The notes beneath the pieces are model-generated. The model was not told the origin of the DNA and searched no databases. It saw only the letters and a program-made list of their open reading frames with translations. This document shows, one piece after another, positions 1 to 12,527 of a DNA stretch of 64,000 bases; position 1 is the stretch's first letter; each line of letters begins with the position of its first letter. The stretch is from Octopus vulgaris (Eukaryota), in contig OX597815.1 of NCBI GenBank assembly GCA_951406725.2, positions 38,254,001 to 38,318,000 on the forward strand, given 5' to 3'. The translations under genes were made by a program, and so were the position numbers.

Positions 1-165
1 GATGCGCTGTTTATCTTGATATGAGATCACCATGTCGCGCACATATAGTTGTGATGCATGTGCCTGGTGTACCCTTATCAGACGGGTAGTCATGATGGGT
101 ATATTGGGCTTCATACATTTTACCCCAGTGTCACTTTGATGGCATGAACTGCTCTCTCACTCAAT
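1..165 (+). mobile_element. 3' UTR fragment of a probable R4/Dong-type LINE ending in (TAA)n
   Basis: Runs into (TAA)n at 164; a diverged copy lies at ~29955-30092 next to another Dong-like fragment. Family assignment is by context only. Confidence 0.5.
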
Positions 166-183
166 AATAATAATAATAATAAT

Positions 184-584
184 ACCAAAAAACATGCCTC
201 CTCATTGATATGACTGTCCCAATCGATATAAACGTATCTGTCAATACCTGTTGTCATAGGTGCCCTGGGAATGATAGCAAAAGGGGCTGATTGCTACCTA
301 ACTCAGATACCAGGAAACCCCAAAATGGCAGAAATTCAAAAGATAGTGCTCATGGGAACTGCTCATATCCTACGCAAAATACTTTCTATGTAATCTCAAG
401 TTTTAAAACAAACATAATTTCCGTATGGTCTTTTAGACATTCACTAGTACAACACTAAGTACAAAACCAAATATACGGTACCCTAGGCATAACACCAACA
501 TGAACTTCCAACTTGTTGTCTCTTGAGGTCTCTGGGTGAGATTTGGAGCCAGCTTCTACAAATGTAAAGCAAAAGTCAAACATA

Positions 585-586
<2 letters not shown>
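184..586 (+). mobile_element. 5'-truncated R4/Dong-type LINE 3' end (RLE C-terminus + 3' UTR)
   Basis: Translates KTCLLIDMTVPIDINVSV/IPVVIGALGMI...IQKIVLMGTAHILRKILSM*, homologous to the C-terminus of the element at 671-3605; flanked by (TAA)n on both sides. Confidence 0.85.

Positions 587-670
<84 letters not shown>
587..670 (+). repeat. (TAA)n microsatellite
   Basis: Perfect trinucleotide run separating two LINE copies. Confidence 0.97.
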
Positions 671-673
<3 letters not shown>

Positions 674-3605
674 GCGATATCACTAAGCTAAATGACTTAG
701 TATACGCAGCAGCCACTGCAGCCACAAAAGAAGCTGGATACTCACTCAAACCCCTCCAAACAGGAGTACCACCACCCAAACAAACCCTGTGGATAAATAA
801 CATCCAAAACAAAATACAAAGAATGAGAAAAGATCTGTCAATTCTTAATGAAATCAGTAGACAATCAACGCTACTGAGCAACAAAAAGAAAACAAAAATA
901 CTCCGCAAATATAACATCACAGAAAAAGATTTACCTGAGATAAAAGAAAAGCTGAAGCAAGATATCCTTGCCAAAGCACAAAGGATCCGCCAGTACGAGA
1001 AACGCCAGCGCTTCTTTGAACAAAACAAAAAGTTCAACTCCAACCCCAAAAAGTTCTACCAAGAACTTGGCAAAAATAAAATAGAAATCACTGCAGCACC
1101 AACGGCAGAAGAAGTTGAAGAATTCTGGAGAGAAATATGGTCGGCGAACGAACAACAAAAAACAACAACAAACTCAGCATCTGAGCAACGTTGGACCCCC
1201 ATAACAACTGAAGAGGTCACCCAGGCACTGCAAAGACTGGAAGGCACCTGGGCATGACAAGAACCCCAACTTCTGGTTGAAATATCTAACAGGAATGCAT
1301 AAAAAGCTGGCTGAAAATTTAACAACATACTAGCAGAGCCAGAGACAATGCTGAATGGCTCACGAAGTGGAAAACCATCTTAATTCCCAAATCAAATGAG
1401 ACAGTAAAACCAGAAAACTACAGACCAATAACCTGTCTCCCTACAATGTACAAGGCATTTACTGCAGTGATATCGCAAAGGTTGAACAAGCACCTGGACG
1501 AAAATAACCTGTTTCCAGAAGAGCAGAAAGGATGCCGCAAAGGCTCATATGGCTGTAAAGATCAACTAATGATTAATAAAGCCATAACTGAAGACAGCCA
1601 CAAAGAAGAAAGACCTCAGTATGGCCTGGATCGACTACAAAAAGGCGTTTGATAGCACCCCCCACACATGGATCCTCGAAACACTAGCCATTAACAAAGT
1701 AGCACCAACAATTATAAAATTCACAGAGCACACTATGAATAAATGGCAGACAGTGCTACAGCTCCAAACAAAAGAGGGACTCATGAAATCCAAAGCCATC
1801 CCCATTAGAAGAGGAATATTCCAGGGAGATACGCTCTCTCCACTCCTTTTCTGCTTGGCACTGTCATCTCTATCTGATATGCTAAATAGAACTGGATGCG
1901 GATATAAATGTCACGGCAAAACGATCAGCCACCTTTTATATATGGATGACCTAAAACTATACGCTGCAAATGACAAACAGCTGGAAACACTATTAAAGAC
2001 AGTTCATGGATTTACCAAAGAACTAGATATGAAATTTGGATTAGAAAATGCGCCAAAGTAACCATGAAAAGAGGAAAACTGGTTAAGAGTAGCAACATCA
2101 TACTAGATAAAACCAATGAAATAAAAGAATTAGACCAAAGCCAAACTTACAAATACTTAGGAATCCATGAACTAGGTAAGACACAACACACAAATGAAAG
2201 AGAAAATAAAAAAAAGAATATTATAGACGAGTTAGATCAATACTCAAAACAGAGCTCAATGCTAAAAACAAGATAATAGATATTAACACTTTAGCTGTCC
2301 CAGTTATAAGTTACAGCTACAATATCCTTAACTGGACACTAAATGAACTGACCAAAATAGATAGGAAAACAAGAAAAATAATGACAGGATCTAGGATGCA
2401 TCACCCAAAATCTGACATAGAAAGACTATATATACAACGTATGGAAGGTGGTAGAGGCCTTATACAGCTGGAAAACTACTATAAGATAACCACCATAGGA
2501 CTGCAAAAATATCTACTTCAGAAGGAAGGAAAACTGATACAAACAGCGGCAAAACACGAGCAAACAAAAAACTGTTCTCAATATTTAAGGAAGCTGACAA
2601 ATACAAACAAGAAATCATACCACCTAATAAATATGAAGAAGAAGAAGAAGAAGAAGAAGAAGAAGAAGAAGAAGAAGAAGAAACAACAAATGAAATCCAA
2701 ACTAAAAATAGAACAGCAACGAACCATGATAAAACGATGGCAAGAATAGCCCATTCATGGTAAATACTGGACTAAACTAAATGCAAAAGAAATAGACAAA
2801 GAAAAATCCCAGCAATGGTTGAGAAGCTCAGGACTCAAAGCAGAGACAGAGGGATTTTTAATTGCAGCACAAGACCAAAGCCTCCCCACCAGAAATTACC
2901 AAAAACATGTAATGAAAAGAAATATAACAAGTAACTGCAGAATATGTGGAGATGGACAAGAAACAATAAATCATAATATCGCTGGCTGCCCAGTCCTGGC
3001 TAAGAAGGAATATATTCACAGACATGACAGAGTTGTAACCTACATACACTGGAAGCTATGCCAACATTATGGAATAACAACAGAAAAAAGATGGTATAGG
3101 CACACACCAGAAAAGGTCACAGAAAACGAGAAAGCAACCATACTCTGGGATATGCCGATACACACAGATAGAGAAATTAAGGCCCACAGACCAGATATAA
3201 TTGTCAGAGATCATGAAGAAAAAAATGCTTTCTAATTGATGTATCAATACCGGCAGATGACAACGTGTCTCTAAAAGAAATGGAGAAACTTTCAAAATAC
3301 AAAGACCTGGAAATAGAGGTAACCAGAATGTGGAATCTAAAAACAGAAACAATTCCTATCATAGTAGATGCATTAGGCATGATAAAAAAATATTCAGACA
3401 AATACATAACAAAAACACCAGGACTTACAAACACATATAACATACAGAAAATTGCACTACTAGGCACTGCACACATCCTACGCAGAACACTTTCCATACA
3501 ATAACCATCAGAGCATCACAACAAATCACAGCACATACCTAAGGCACACAGAGCTGCGCTCGGTAGTGAAGTGAAAGCACGCTATAAAAATAAAACTACA
3601 GAACA
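671..3605 (+). mobile_element. R4/Dong-clade non-LTR retrotransposon (RT + CCHC + restriction-like endonuclease), frameshifted and 5'-truncated
   Basis: ORF fragments give MAWIDYKKAFDS, GIFQGDTLSPLLFCL, SHLLYMDDLKLY (RT), LKAETEGFLIAAQDQ, CRICGDGQETINHNIAGC (zinc knuckle), RPDIIVRD and ALLGTAHILRRTLS (RLE); ends in a (TAA)n remnant at ~3605-3616. Confidence 0.93.
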
Positions 3606-3619
3606 ATAATAATAATATC

Positions 3620-3800
3620 GAAACATACCTTAGGAATGAGAAACCAGGTTCGAAATTTCCCCAAGGCACATGATAAAGGCTGTAGGGTATATCAGATGAA
3701 ACGTTGTGTTAACAACAAACAAGATGAGGACAAATACCCGTCAAATGTGAATAATGTAAATAATGTACATAATTCCTCATCTCTTATGTATAGAACTGTA
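3620..3800 (+). mobile_element. PLE-type terminal-repeat fragment with decayed hammerhead motif (3666-3709)
   Basis: GCAC-ATGATAA-A-GGCTG..CAGAT-GAAACGTT-GTGT follows the minimal hammerhead layout, but core and stem II are mutated. Confidence 0.5.
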
Positions 3801-4622
3801 ACCCTACTTTAGTTTCGATTTGGCCATAGCAGCATAGAAGTGTTTTATCTTGTTTCCTATTAGTTTTAAATAATTTAGGAAATACACAAAGAGAATAATA
3901 CAATTGTAGCTAACAGTAATTTGCATAATTGAAAATAAATACCTAATTTATTTTTAAATTTCTTTACCTGAGAGAGAAGGAAACCAAAAACCTAGAGGCA
4001 AGTTTTAGCAACTCTGATTGACAAGAGGAGATAATTTCAAGAAATTTAGAATAAATTCAAAATTTAATTAGTTTGCAGTCTTTGTTATGGAAAAGGGAGA
4101 CTGCTATGGGCATTGCTTTTCGGCCTTAATTTGGCTTCATCAGCATTGCATAATCTTGTCTGGCCTTCTCCTTCAAAACAAGAAGTTAATACATTCTCAC
4201 AAAATATTGGAATGTAATTATCATATATTCTAAATTTAAATACACACTGCTGCGCAGACAAGTAATGATGTTGCAACGGTGATAGCTGTTTAGAATACTT
4301 CGATATAAATTTGTTGTGTTGATGTAGTTTTTGCTGTCGGTGTCGTTATTGTTCCTTATAACCCGGTCATGTCTAATTAAACAAGCCTCTAGTAAAGGCA
4401 TTCAAGTTAACACAATTCCATCGGATTTTTCTTTTTATTCTTTCTAGAAAATATATTGTACTATGTATACATTTTCAAGGTAAAATGTTGCGACTTGAAA
4501 AGAGTTAGGTGTTGATGATAGCCAAGTACATGTAAGGTAAATATAACAAAAATTCTGTTTACTATAGGTTGTTCGCGCATATATTAATATAGTTAGGCAC
4601 ACACACACACACACACACACAT

Positions 4623-4693
<71 letters not shown>

Positions 4694-5436
4694 CTAGACT
4701 AGAGCACCCGTGACCCGTTGGGTCACCGGGAAACTGAGTTTTCCAGCAATGGAGTTTTGTTTCGTGGATTTCTTTTTCTTTTCCAGGTTATTTCGTATGC
4801 TTTCAACGAACTTGACATTGAAATCACGTGTAAACGGCTCCCCTGAAAAGGAAAGATTTGGGTGCTATTTCTTGCACGCCCTGCTATCACGTGACAGGTA
4901 TTTCCGGTCCTTTATCACAAAAAGCTGTTACGTGATAGTAGGGCGTGCTAGAATTGGCAGCCAAATATTTGGAGGTGCGATACGTTGAATGCACTGACGT
5001 TATGAACGGGTATTTGACGGAATACTGTATTTTTAAAGTCATTTTCACTTTACAACATTTTTCATATATGCCAAAAATAATTTTTCTAATGGTATTCACT
5101 TGAAAGTAATTTTAAAAAATGCATTAAAATATTCTTTGTTTAATGAAAGCTAAAATATAAATACTTACTCTATGAATCAACTTACATTTTTGAAATCACA
5201 TTCACTTAAAAATATTTCTAAATGGTTACAATATTGTGTTTAACAAAAGCGACAATAGAAACATTTACTATGAAACAAAGAATTGTTTCGTTGTCAACTC
5301 AGTCTAATAGAAAGATAAGAGTTTCTTACCTTTCAGGATGAAGATTATTTTCGGAGTATTTTCCCGTTATGCGCCAGCTTAGCTGAGTAACGTTACAAGC
5401 AAGCAAGATTCAAATTGACATTTAATGTATTATAGA
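4694..5436 (-). mobile_element. Non-autonomous Helitron (~740 bp)
   Basis: On minus strand starts A^TC at 5436, ends CTAG^T at 4694, with subterminal hairpin CCCGGTGACCC-AAC-GGGTCACGGG (4707-4730) about 10 nt before the end. Confidence 0.75.
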
Positions 5437-5739
5437 TATACATACATGCATACATGTATGTATGTGTGTATGTATGTATGCATGTATGTATGTATGTATG
5501 TATGTATGTATGTATATATATATATGTGTGTGTATGTGTGTGTGTATATATATATATATATATACACACACAGACAAAGAAGGATTAATACATATATTCA
5601 TACATATGCCTAAATGTATATATATATACATACATATATATATGTATATATATATATATATATACATATATATATACATATATATATAATGTATATTAAA
5701 TACATGCAATACAAAAAATGTACATATGTATACATATAA

Positions 5740-6970
5740 AATGATCCAACTGATGCAGAGTACAAATGATATACAGAATTAAAGAGGCGAAGGAAAAGAA
5801 TAAAAAATCCAACAGCTGTTTCTGGGGCCTCAGTGGCCCATAATAATGCTTGTAGATTGATTCCATCATAGGATGAGATGAGCCTCTGTCTTCAGGGAAG
5901 AGATCTTGCATTTGAGATGTTAAAGGAGAAAAGTTCAAAGATGGGATGATTCAAAGCGGAGAGCTAAGTGTATTAGAGGGCGGAAATGAGGAGGAGATAT
6001 TAAGGTAGGGAATAGTGTGAGTAGAAAATATAGTTCACAAGTGAGGAGTTAATAAAGAGGCCAGTAGGGAGTAGTAGTATTAGAGGTGGAAAGTAGGAGG
6101 ATGAGAGGAGGGTGGGGGTAGGTAGTATGTGAGAGGTGGTATATTGTAATAGGTTTGTATGAAAGCTATAGAATTAATGCTTGGCAGTGAGAAAAGGGAA
6201 CGGCCATTATTTGAGGGAAATAAGGCGACTAGTTCAGTGGCTGAGGAAGATGACTAAGGTATGTAGAGAGGTATGAGAGGGAATAGAGGGGATGGACAAA
6301 GTGGGGTCTGTGTTGGTAGTCGATATAGCAGTGGTTAGTGTGATAATGAATTTGAGTTGGGTCTGGAGGGTGAGTACATGTGTATGCAGAGGTGTATGAA
6401 ATTTAATAAAGGGAAGTGAATAGGGAGGGGGTAGAGGTTGACAGGTTAGTATCGAAAAGAGTGGGGTAATATTCGGTGTAATATTAAGTACTTTTGGTAA
6501 GGAGGAGAAATGAGAGGAAACTACTTAAGAGAGTGGGAAGGTTATGAGGGAAGTGGGAAGTAATGGTTTAAAAGAATTTCGAGTGGTAAGTATGAGAAAG
6601 AATAGTTTAATAATGAGGGTAGTATTTGTTGCTAGGCCGAACTTGTCTTAGTTCAAGGGTAATTGAGAGTATGCATACTTATATTTATAGGATTACATAG
6701 ATTTAATGAAATGTGTGAATGATGAGTAGAACTTGTGTGTACAAGACAATATTACATCTGAGAATTTATTAAGTAATGAGGGATCGTGGAGGCGAAGAAT
6801 TAAGAATGCTCTTAAACATGATTTTTACATGCCGATCTTTGTGTGGTATGGTGGGGGGGCTCACTTACTATGGACCAGGATAGGGTATATGGATATTTTG
6901 AGATTTAAGGTTGCGTTACATAAGTTGTTAAGGAGGTTGGTAATTAAAAATTTGGATTGGAGAAAGGGTT
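5740..6970 (-). mobile_element. Penelope-like element 3' part (GIY-YIG C-terminus + 3' UTR), degraded
   Basis: Minus strand ~6730-6810 reads FLILRLHDPSLLNKFSDVILSCTHKFY, resembling the PLE endonuclease C-terminal LLNK.SE....C.H motif; GAAACAGCTGT terminal motif at 5812-5822. Confidence 0.55.
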
Positions 6971-7764
6971 CGTCACTGCACGGTAGCGGCGCTTGAAAAC
7001 AACAATGCCGCCGATATAGACCCTTGCTTTGTGGGAGCGTGGTGTTATAACATGACAATTGTAGATTACATTTTTCGTTGACAGAAGCTTCCAAGCGGGC
7101 ATAGTTGAGGAACCCGAGAATTGCAGGTTTCCTTACCTGCTCTGATATTTATGTTTACACGAGTAATTAGTGAAAGGGCATGGTCTAGTAGATAGTGTAT
7201 TCGGCATGGACAAGTAGATAGTGTATTCGGCTCATTTTTCCGGGGTTTCAATTTCGCGAGGAGACAACGCATTCCGCCTTTCATCACAACTTACTGCAAT
7301 CTACTGAGCTTAAAATAAGTGCCAGACGATTCCTGGGTGCAGCTCTGCCCCTCTCCAGTTGTCACTTTCTGAATATGCTGCTGAGAGAAATGGTGGAAAT
7401 ATTTACAAGATATACTATTTGGTATGTAGCGGTTGACTCTTCATTTATGTATGTATGTATGTATGTATGTATATGTATATGTATATGGAAATATTATGTA
7501 CGTATGCATGTATATATGAAAACATGTATGTAGTATATATGTGTGTATGTATGGGTGTATGAATGAAAATACGTATGTATGAAAATATGTATGTCTGTCT
7601 GAATGTATGTATGGATATATATATAAGAGATCATGGTGTCTTTGAGACACAAAGGTGCCAGGTAATGCTGAGTAAGTTCTGTAGACAGGCCATAGTTAAG
7701 TTCCAGATTCGGTAATTTTGCGAATAAAGGGTTCAACGTTGGTTCTTTGTCGGCGTGTGTATAT

Positions 7765-7955
7765 AAGATTTTTTTGCGTAATAAGATAAAAAACCTAGGG
7801 TGTGTAGATATTAGAGTGTTTATAGACAGAAGGTCTTACAGATAGAAGGGATATCATTTATAAATATCCTAGAAACAGCTGTAAGACATTCTATGTATAA
7901 ATTCTCTAATATTTACACAGCCTTGGTTTTTTTTATCTTATTACGTAAAAACTTC
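7765..7955 (+). mobile_element. PLE-type fold-back terminal repeat with hammerhead-like motif (7833-7887)
   Basis: Inverted arms TTTTTGCGTAATAAGATAAAAAACC / GGTTTTTTTTATCTTATTACGTAAAAA enclose GTCT..CAGATAGA-AGGGATAT-loop-ATATCCT-A-GAAACAGCTGTA-AGAC. Confidence 0.55.
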
Positions 7956-7957
7956 CC

Positions 7958-7997
<40 letters not shown>

Positions 7998-8384
7998 ATG
8001 TGTGTGTGTGTGTATGCATATAACTATGTGTGTGTGAATATATTCATATATATACGTATATTGCACGTGTATATTCGTGCAATTCGTATATACACACATA
8101 CGTACACGCCAATATAGAAATGTATATCACCTTAAGTTGTTGCCGCTGTATCTTGTTGCTAATGATCAAAGTGGCGTGTTTGGAGACAGTGATGGAAATA
8201 AACGAGCATCATGTCTGTTGGTGCTACGTTTCAAGGTGGGCAGGAAATTTAAGAAAATTAGCTAAAAATTCGCGGAGATAGCTTCGAGTTATACACCTGC
8301 CACGCTATAGTAATTTCACTGCCAGAATCGTGAGAGTGTCGGAAAAATTATTTGCATTATTTCTTTCAGCTCATTTCGGTTTGA

Positions 8385-8620
8385 TGAAGGCGTTGTCTAG
8401 TGGTTAATGTGTTGCACGCAAGTTCGTGGTTTCGATTCCCATACCGGATAGGACGTTCTGTTCTTGCGAAAAACACATTATTTCACATTCAGTTCACTTA
8501 GCTGTAAGTGCATAAGCCTTCGATGGACTGGTGTCCTGTTCAGAGGGAATGTTAAGATCTCTGCTACTTACACGTCGTGGAAACCAAGTATGGGGCCCTA
8601 TGAATTCTGGGAGTCATGGC
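8385..8620 (+). mobile_element. Degenerate tRNA-derived SINE
   Basis: A-box-like TAGTGGTTA and B-box-like GGTTTCGATTCCC head. Confidence 0.55.
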
Positions 8621-9211
8621 AGTACATTCATTACGTCTTTAGTTCAAATAACATGAAGGGCAACTGTTCCCTTCATACCTCCTGGGTTATTAAGACTGAA
8701 ACCAGTGATGTACTGGCTTCAGTGGTATTGATAAAATTCTTCTCTCAGTTGGTAGCCTAGCGATTCAATCAAAAACGAGTACTTTCGAAACTCAAGGAAG
8801 CGCAAATTGCCACTTCTAAAAATTTGTGCCTTTGTAAGTTTAGAAAAATAACTACTTCTACTGTTCACTCTACTCGGACGTAGGATACAATGTTTCATTT
8901 ATGCTTCACACGCAAATGATACGCGATGAATCTTCGACAAAACTCTGAGTATATTGAGCAAGTCTTAGACAACTGGTAGCATCACATCGAAAGTTTTTGA
9001 AAAGAAAACCTGTTGGTAGTTTAAAATATTTCGTCACATCTTCTCAAATATAAGCAGCAGAAGTTTATTTGGATTCTAATGATAAATAAAGTTGACTGCA
9101 AGTTTTGCAGCTTTTAGGTGGTGTCTTCTGGATGAGTGCTATTTCTTAAAGGAAACAACGTACTGAATGAATTTACACTTTAGAACAAATATTTTATATA
9201 TATATATGTAT

Positions 9212-10003
9212 ATAATTTACAAGATAAGGGCAGAAGAAAAATTCTAATGCCAAATATGCCGAAACAAAAAATTGTCGATAACCATTATAATTTATGCGTC
9301 TCGAAACAAACCGATAGAAATCTCTAAAAAATTCGTTATTTCCGTATTGGTCTCTATCGGTTTGTTTCGAGACGCATAAATTATAATGGTTGTCGACAAT
9401 TTTTTGTTTCGGCATATTTGGCATTAGAATTTTTCTTCTGCCCTTATCTTGTAAATTATGTATAAATTTTACCTTTAAAGGCATTTTTTGATATGCTGGC
9501 CATTGATAAAATTTTTTCCCGAAAAAATGTTATCTTATATTAATTATAAATAGATTAGTGTTCACTTCCGGATTCTATCACTCTGTGAAAGTTTCTAGTT
9601 CGAATCACACTCGTCTCGAGGTGCGCCGAAGATTTTTCTATTTTGGATATATTTGGGGTACTTAAGTCTGCTCGGGACTTAGTACTTGCTTTTTCCATGG
9701 GTATGAGTAAGTATTTCATTTATATCTCGCATATTTGCCGCTGAAGAGGGGAAAATTTCTTATGAATTAACCCCGAAATTGGACCAATACGGTAATAACG
9801 AATTTTTTAGAGATTTCTATCGGTTTGTTTCGAGACGCATAAATTATAATGGTTATCGACAATTTTTTGTTTCGGCATATTTGGCATTAGAATTTTTCTT
9901 CTGCCCTTATCTTGTAAATTATGTATAAATTTTACTTTTAAAGGCATTTTTTGACATGCTGGCCATTGATAAAAACTTTTTCCCGAAAAAATTTTTATCT
10001 ATA

Positions 10004-10008
<5 letters not shown>
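9212..10008 (+). mobile_element. Non-coding hammerhead-containing tandem/fold-back repeat (PLE pseudo-LTR or retrozyme-like), 463-bp period
   Basis: 9353-9545 recurs at 9816-10008; 9212-9352 is the reverse complement of ~9782-9922; bounded by (TA)n on both sides. Confidence 0.8.
9735..9795 (+). ncRNA. Minimal type I hammerhead ribozyme, intact core
   Basis: Stem I TTGCCG/CGGTAA (one G-U), core CTGAAGA, stem II GGGG..CCCC, GAAA, stem III ATTGG-A-CCAAT, cleavage triplet AUA (cut after 9789). Confidence 0.8.
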
Positions 10009-10061
<53 letters not shown>

Positions 10062-10325
10062 CAGAAATTAAAGAAGGTAATGCACACACTTTACATGATT
10101 TTAATATAAATTTTAATATATCTTGTATTGTGTTTGTTGACCGATTTCTCTTTCGCTATTCATGATATTAATTTTTTTTAGATAAGTATTATCTGCTTAA
10201 AAAGAAATTTTTGGGGTCCATGTTGTGTATGATATTTATGAGTAAATGATTCAACAATTAGAAAAATCTAAGAGGGTTCCCCTTATTATTGTACGCAGGG
10301 GAGATAACTGTTCAGCTTATAGTTG

Positions 10326-10396
<71 letters not shown>

Positions 10397-10509
10397 ATAT
10401 ATATATGTGTATGTATGTATGCTTGTATGTATGTATATGCACAAAAATTCGAAAACTAGATTAGTGGGGAGTAATATGTACAGTGATGGGTATATAATCG
10501 TCAATTAAA

Positions 10510-11950
10510 ATATGTAAAGAGATCAAACTTGGTTATGCGTGCATATTTAGACGTGTTCTGTATTTTTCGATGAAAATTTTTTCTTTATTTTAACGTTCTT
10601 TTAAATAAATTCTATCTTTGTACTGGTAGAAACGGAAAACTGTGAAATTTCGTTTGATGTTACCTGCACATTTTTCTATGTGTTCACTTAAAGGAATTTG
10701 TCAGTTTTGCGGGAACTAGATCTTATCTTTATGTATAGTAGTTCTCCATCTCAGAGTCATACTCCACTATCATATGTAGTGATCTCCACAACCTGAACAG
10801 GTTATTACGTAAATTAGGTTCTCAGAGGCACAAGTGAAGTTGGTTTTAGTGTGAACCTCTCTCCTTATTTGAAAAAGAATCTCAGCCTTCAAATAGGTTG
10901 AGGCATGTTCCACAGTTTGGGCGTTCACAGTTTTTAACCGTTGGCTTCGTGGTTGTTGTGTAAAGCTTTGCATTTGTTAGAAGTCTCTTTAGCGATTTTG
11001 TTGAATTTTGCTTTTGGTGAGTTTATGTGTTTTCAGGATGTTGTTCATTTTTGGGTCTCTTTTTGGGAGATTTTGCACAATAGTTTTGTATGCCTCATTG
11101 TTTCTAGGGTTGAGGGTTGATACATACAGTAGTGTTTTGAGATGAGATGTGGTGTTATGCTATGTTGTTCTTGGTGTTTTTATGTCTAATTTCTTGGTAT
11201 AAGCTTAATGCCATCGTCTATAAGTGAGGATGGATATTGTCTTTCAGTAAGTGTTGTTTTGAGGTCTTGAAGACGAAGGTCCTGACTAGTTCTATCAGAC
11301 TCTATTGTGCAAATCTTTTTTGCCAATTTAAAGGGAATACTTATTTTGATGTGTTTCGGGTGGCATGAACTAAATAGGATATATTGTTTCGAGTCCGTTG
11401 GTTTATAATTTGTTATAATTTGGTTGTTGACTTTTTTATTCTGATATCCAAAACTGGGAGCTTTTCTTTGTTATATCCCATTGTGAATTGAATGTTATAT
11501 CATTTAGTGTTGATTTTAAGTCCAAATGTTTGTCAGTGGTCTCCTTCCAAATGATAAAACAGTCATCCATGTTTCTTTTCCAGCTTTCTCTTATGTAATG
11601 GTGAAATGGATAACAATATTTTTGAAGTGACACTTCATATATGATGAATTCAAAATAACCCATTATCAGGCTCGCAAGAACAGGGGCTCCTTTCGTTCCC
11701 ATCGCAATTCCGCATTTATGACGATAGTATGTGTCATCAAATAGGAAATAATTGTTCTGAAGTATAAATTTTAAAGATTCAATAATAAAGATCTTAATTA
11801 TGCATTCCGGGGCTACTTCGGGGGTTCTTTTTTCAACGAGAATTTGATTGCCTTTATTCCATAGACATGTAGGATGTTGGTGTAAAGATTGATAAAATCG
11901 AAGGAAACCAATATTGCCTCTTCATTAATTGGTTTTGGTAGGTGGTCTAT
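10510..11950 (-). mobile_element. Penelope-like retroelement (RT + GIY-YIG endonuclease), pseudogenised
   Basis: Minus-strand fragments GIAMGTKGAPVLASLIMGYFE and SWKRNMDDCFIIW (PLE RT), then NFTCASENLIYVITCSGCGDHYI (GIY-YIG with CxxC). Confidence 0.88.
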
Positions 11951-12065
11951 TCTTACTTTTATTCTAACTCCAATAAATATACTACCTTCCACCCCTTTGT
12001 AAGATTTATACCATGTTCTTTATGTACGAATTTTATCAGTTAACGGTTTGGAGCCGTATACTACG

Positions 12066-12527
12066 CCGTGGGCAGGTGACTTCTACTACAGTCTGAGGCC
12101 AACCAAATACTTGCACTTGGAATTGGTAGACAGAAACTGGAAGAAATACACGTCGTATGTATATATATATTGATACGAGTAGGTCAACTGGGAAACAACT
12201 ACTATGACCTACTTTGCTCGTATGTAGTCTGAAAGTCTGGAATCTAAAGTTATTGTCCTTTGTTCTGTCAGATTCACGAAAGAGTAATGGCTTTTGGAAA
12301 GACCTCTACACTTTTCCCGGTCAAAGAAGGGTCAAGGAAGCTACCCTTTAAAAAGCGACGAGCTGTGAGTTTGTGACAGTTCAGCCGGAGACAGTGAGTT
12401 GGTAACAGGGCAGATGAGAAAGACAGACAGACAATCTGAGAGATGACAGGCGAGAGAGTGACAGTGAAAGCGTTGAGAACGACAGGCAGACAGTGAGAGG
12501 ATAAAAGGTTGAGAAAGACATACACAG
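12066..12527. repeat. 462-bp inverted duplication, left copy (partner 21813-22274)
   Basis: Near-identical reverse complement with only a few substitutions; ORF track shows matching translations at 12274-12525(-) and 21815-22066(+). Confidence 0.95.
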
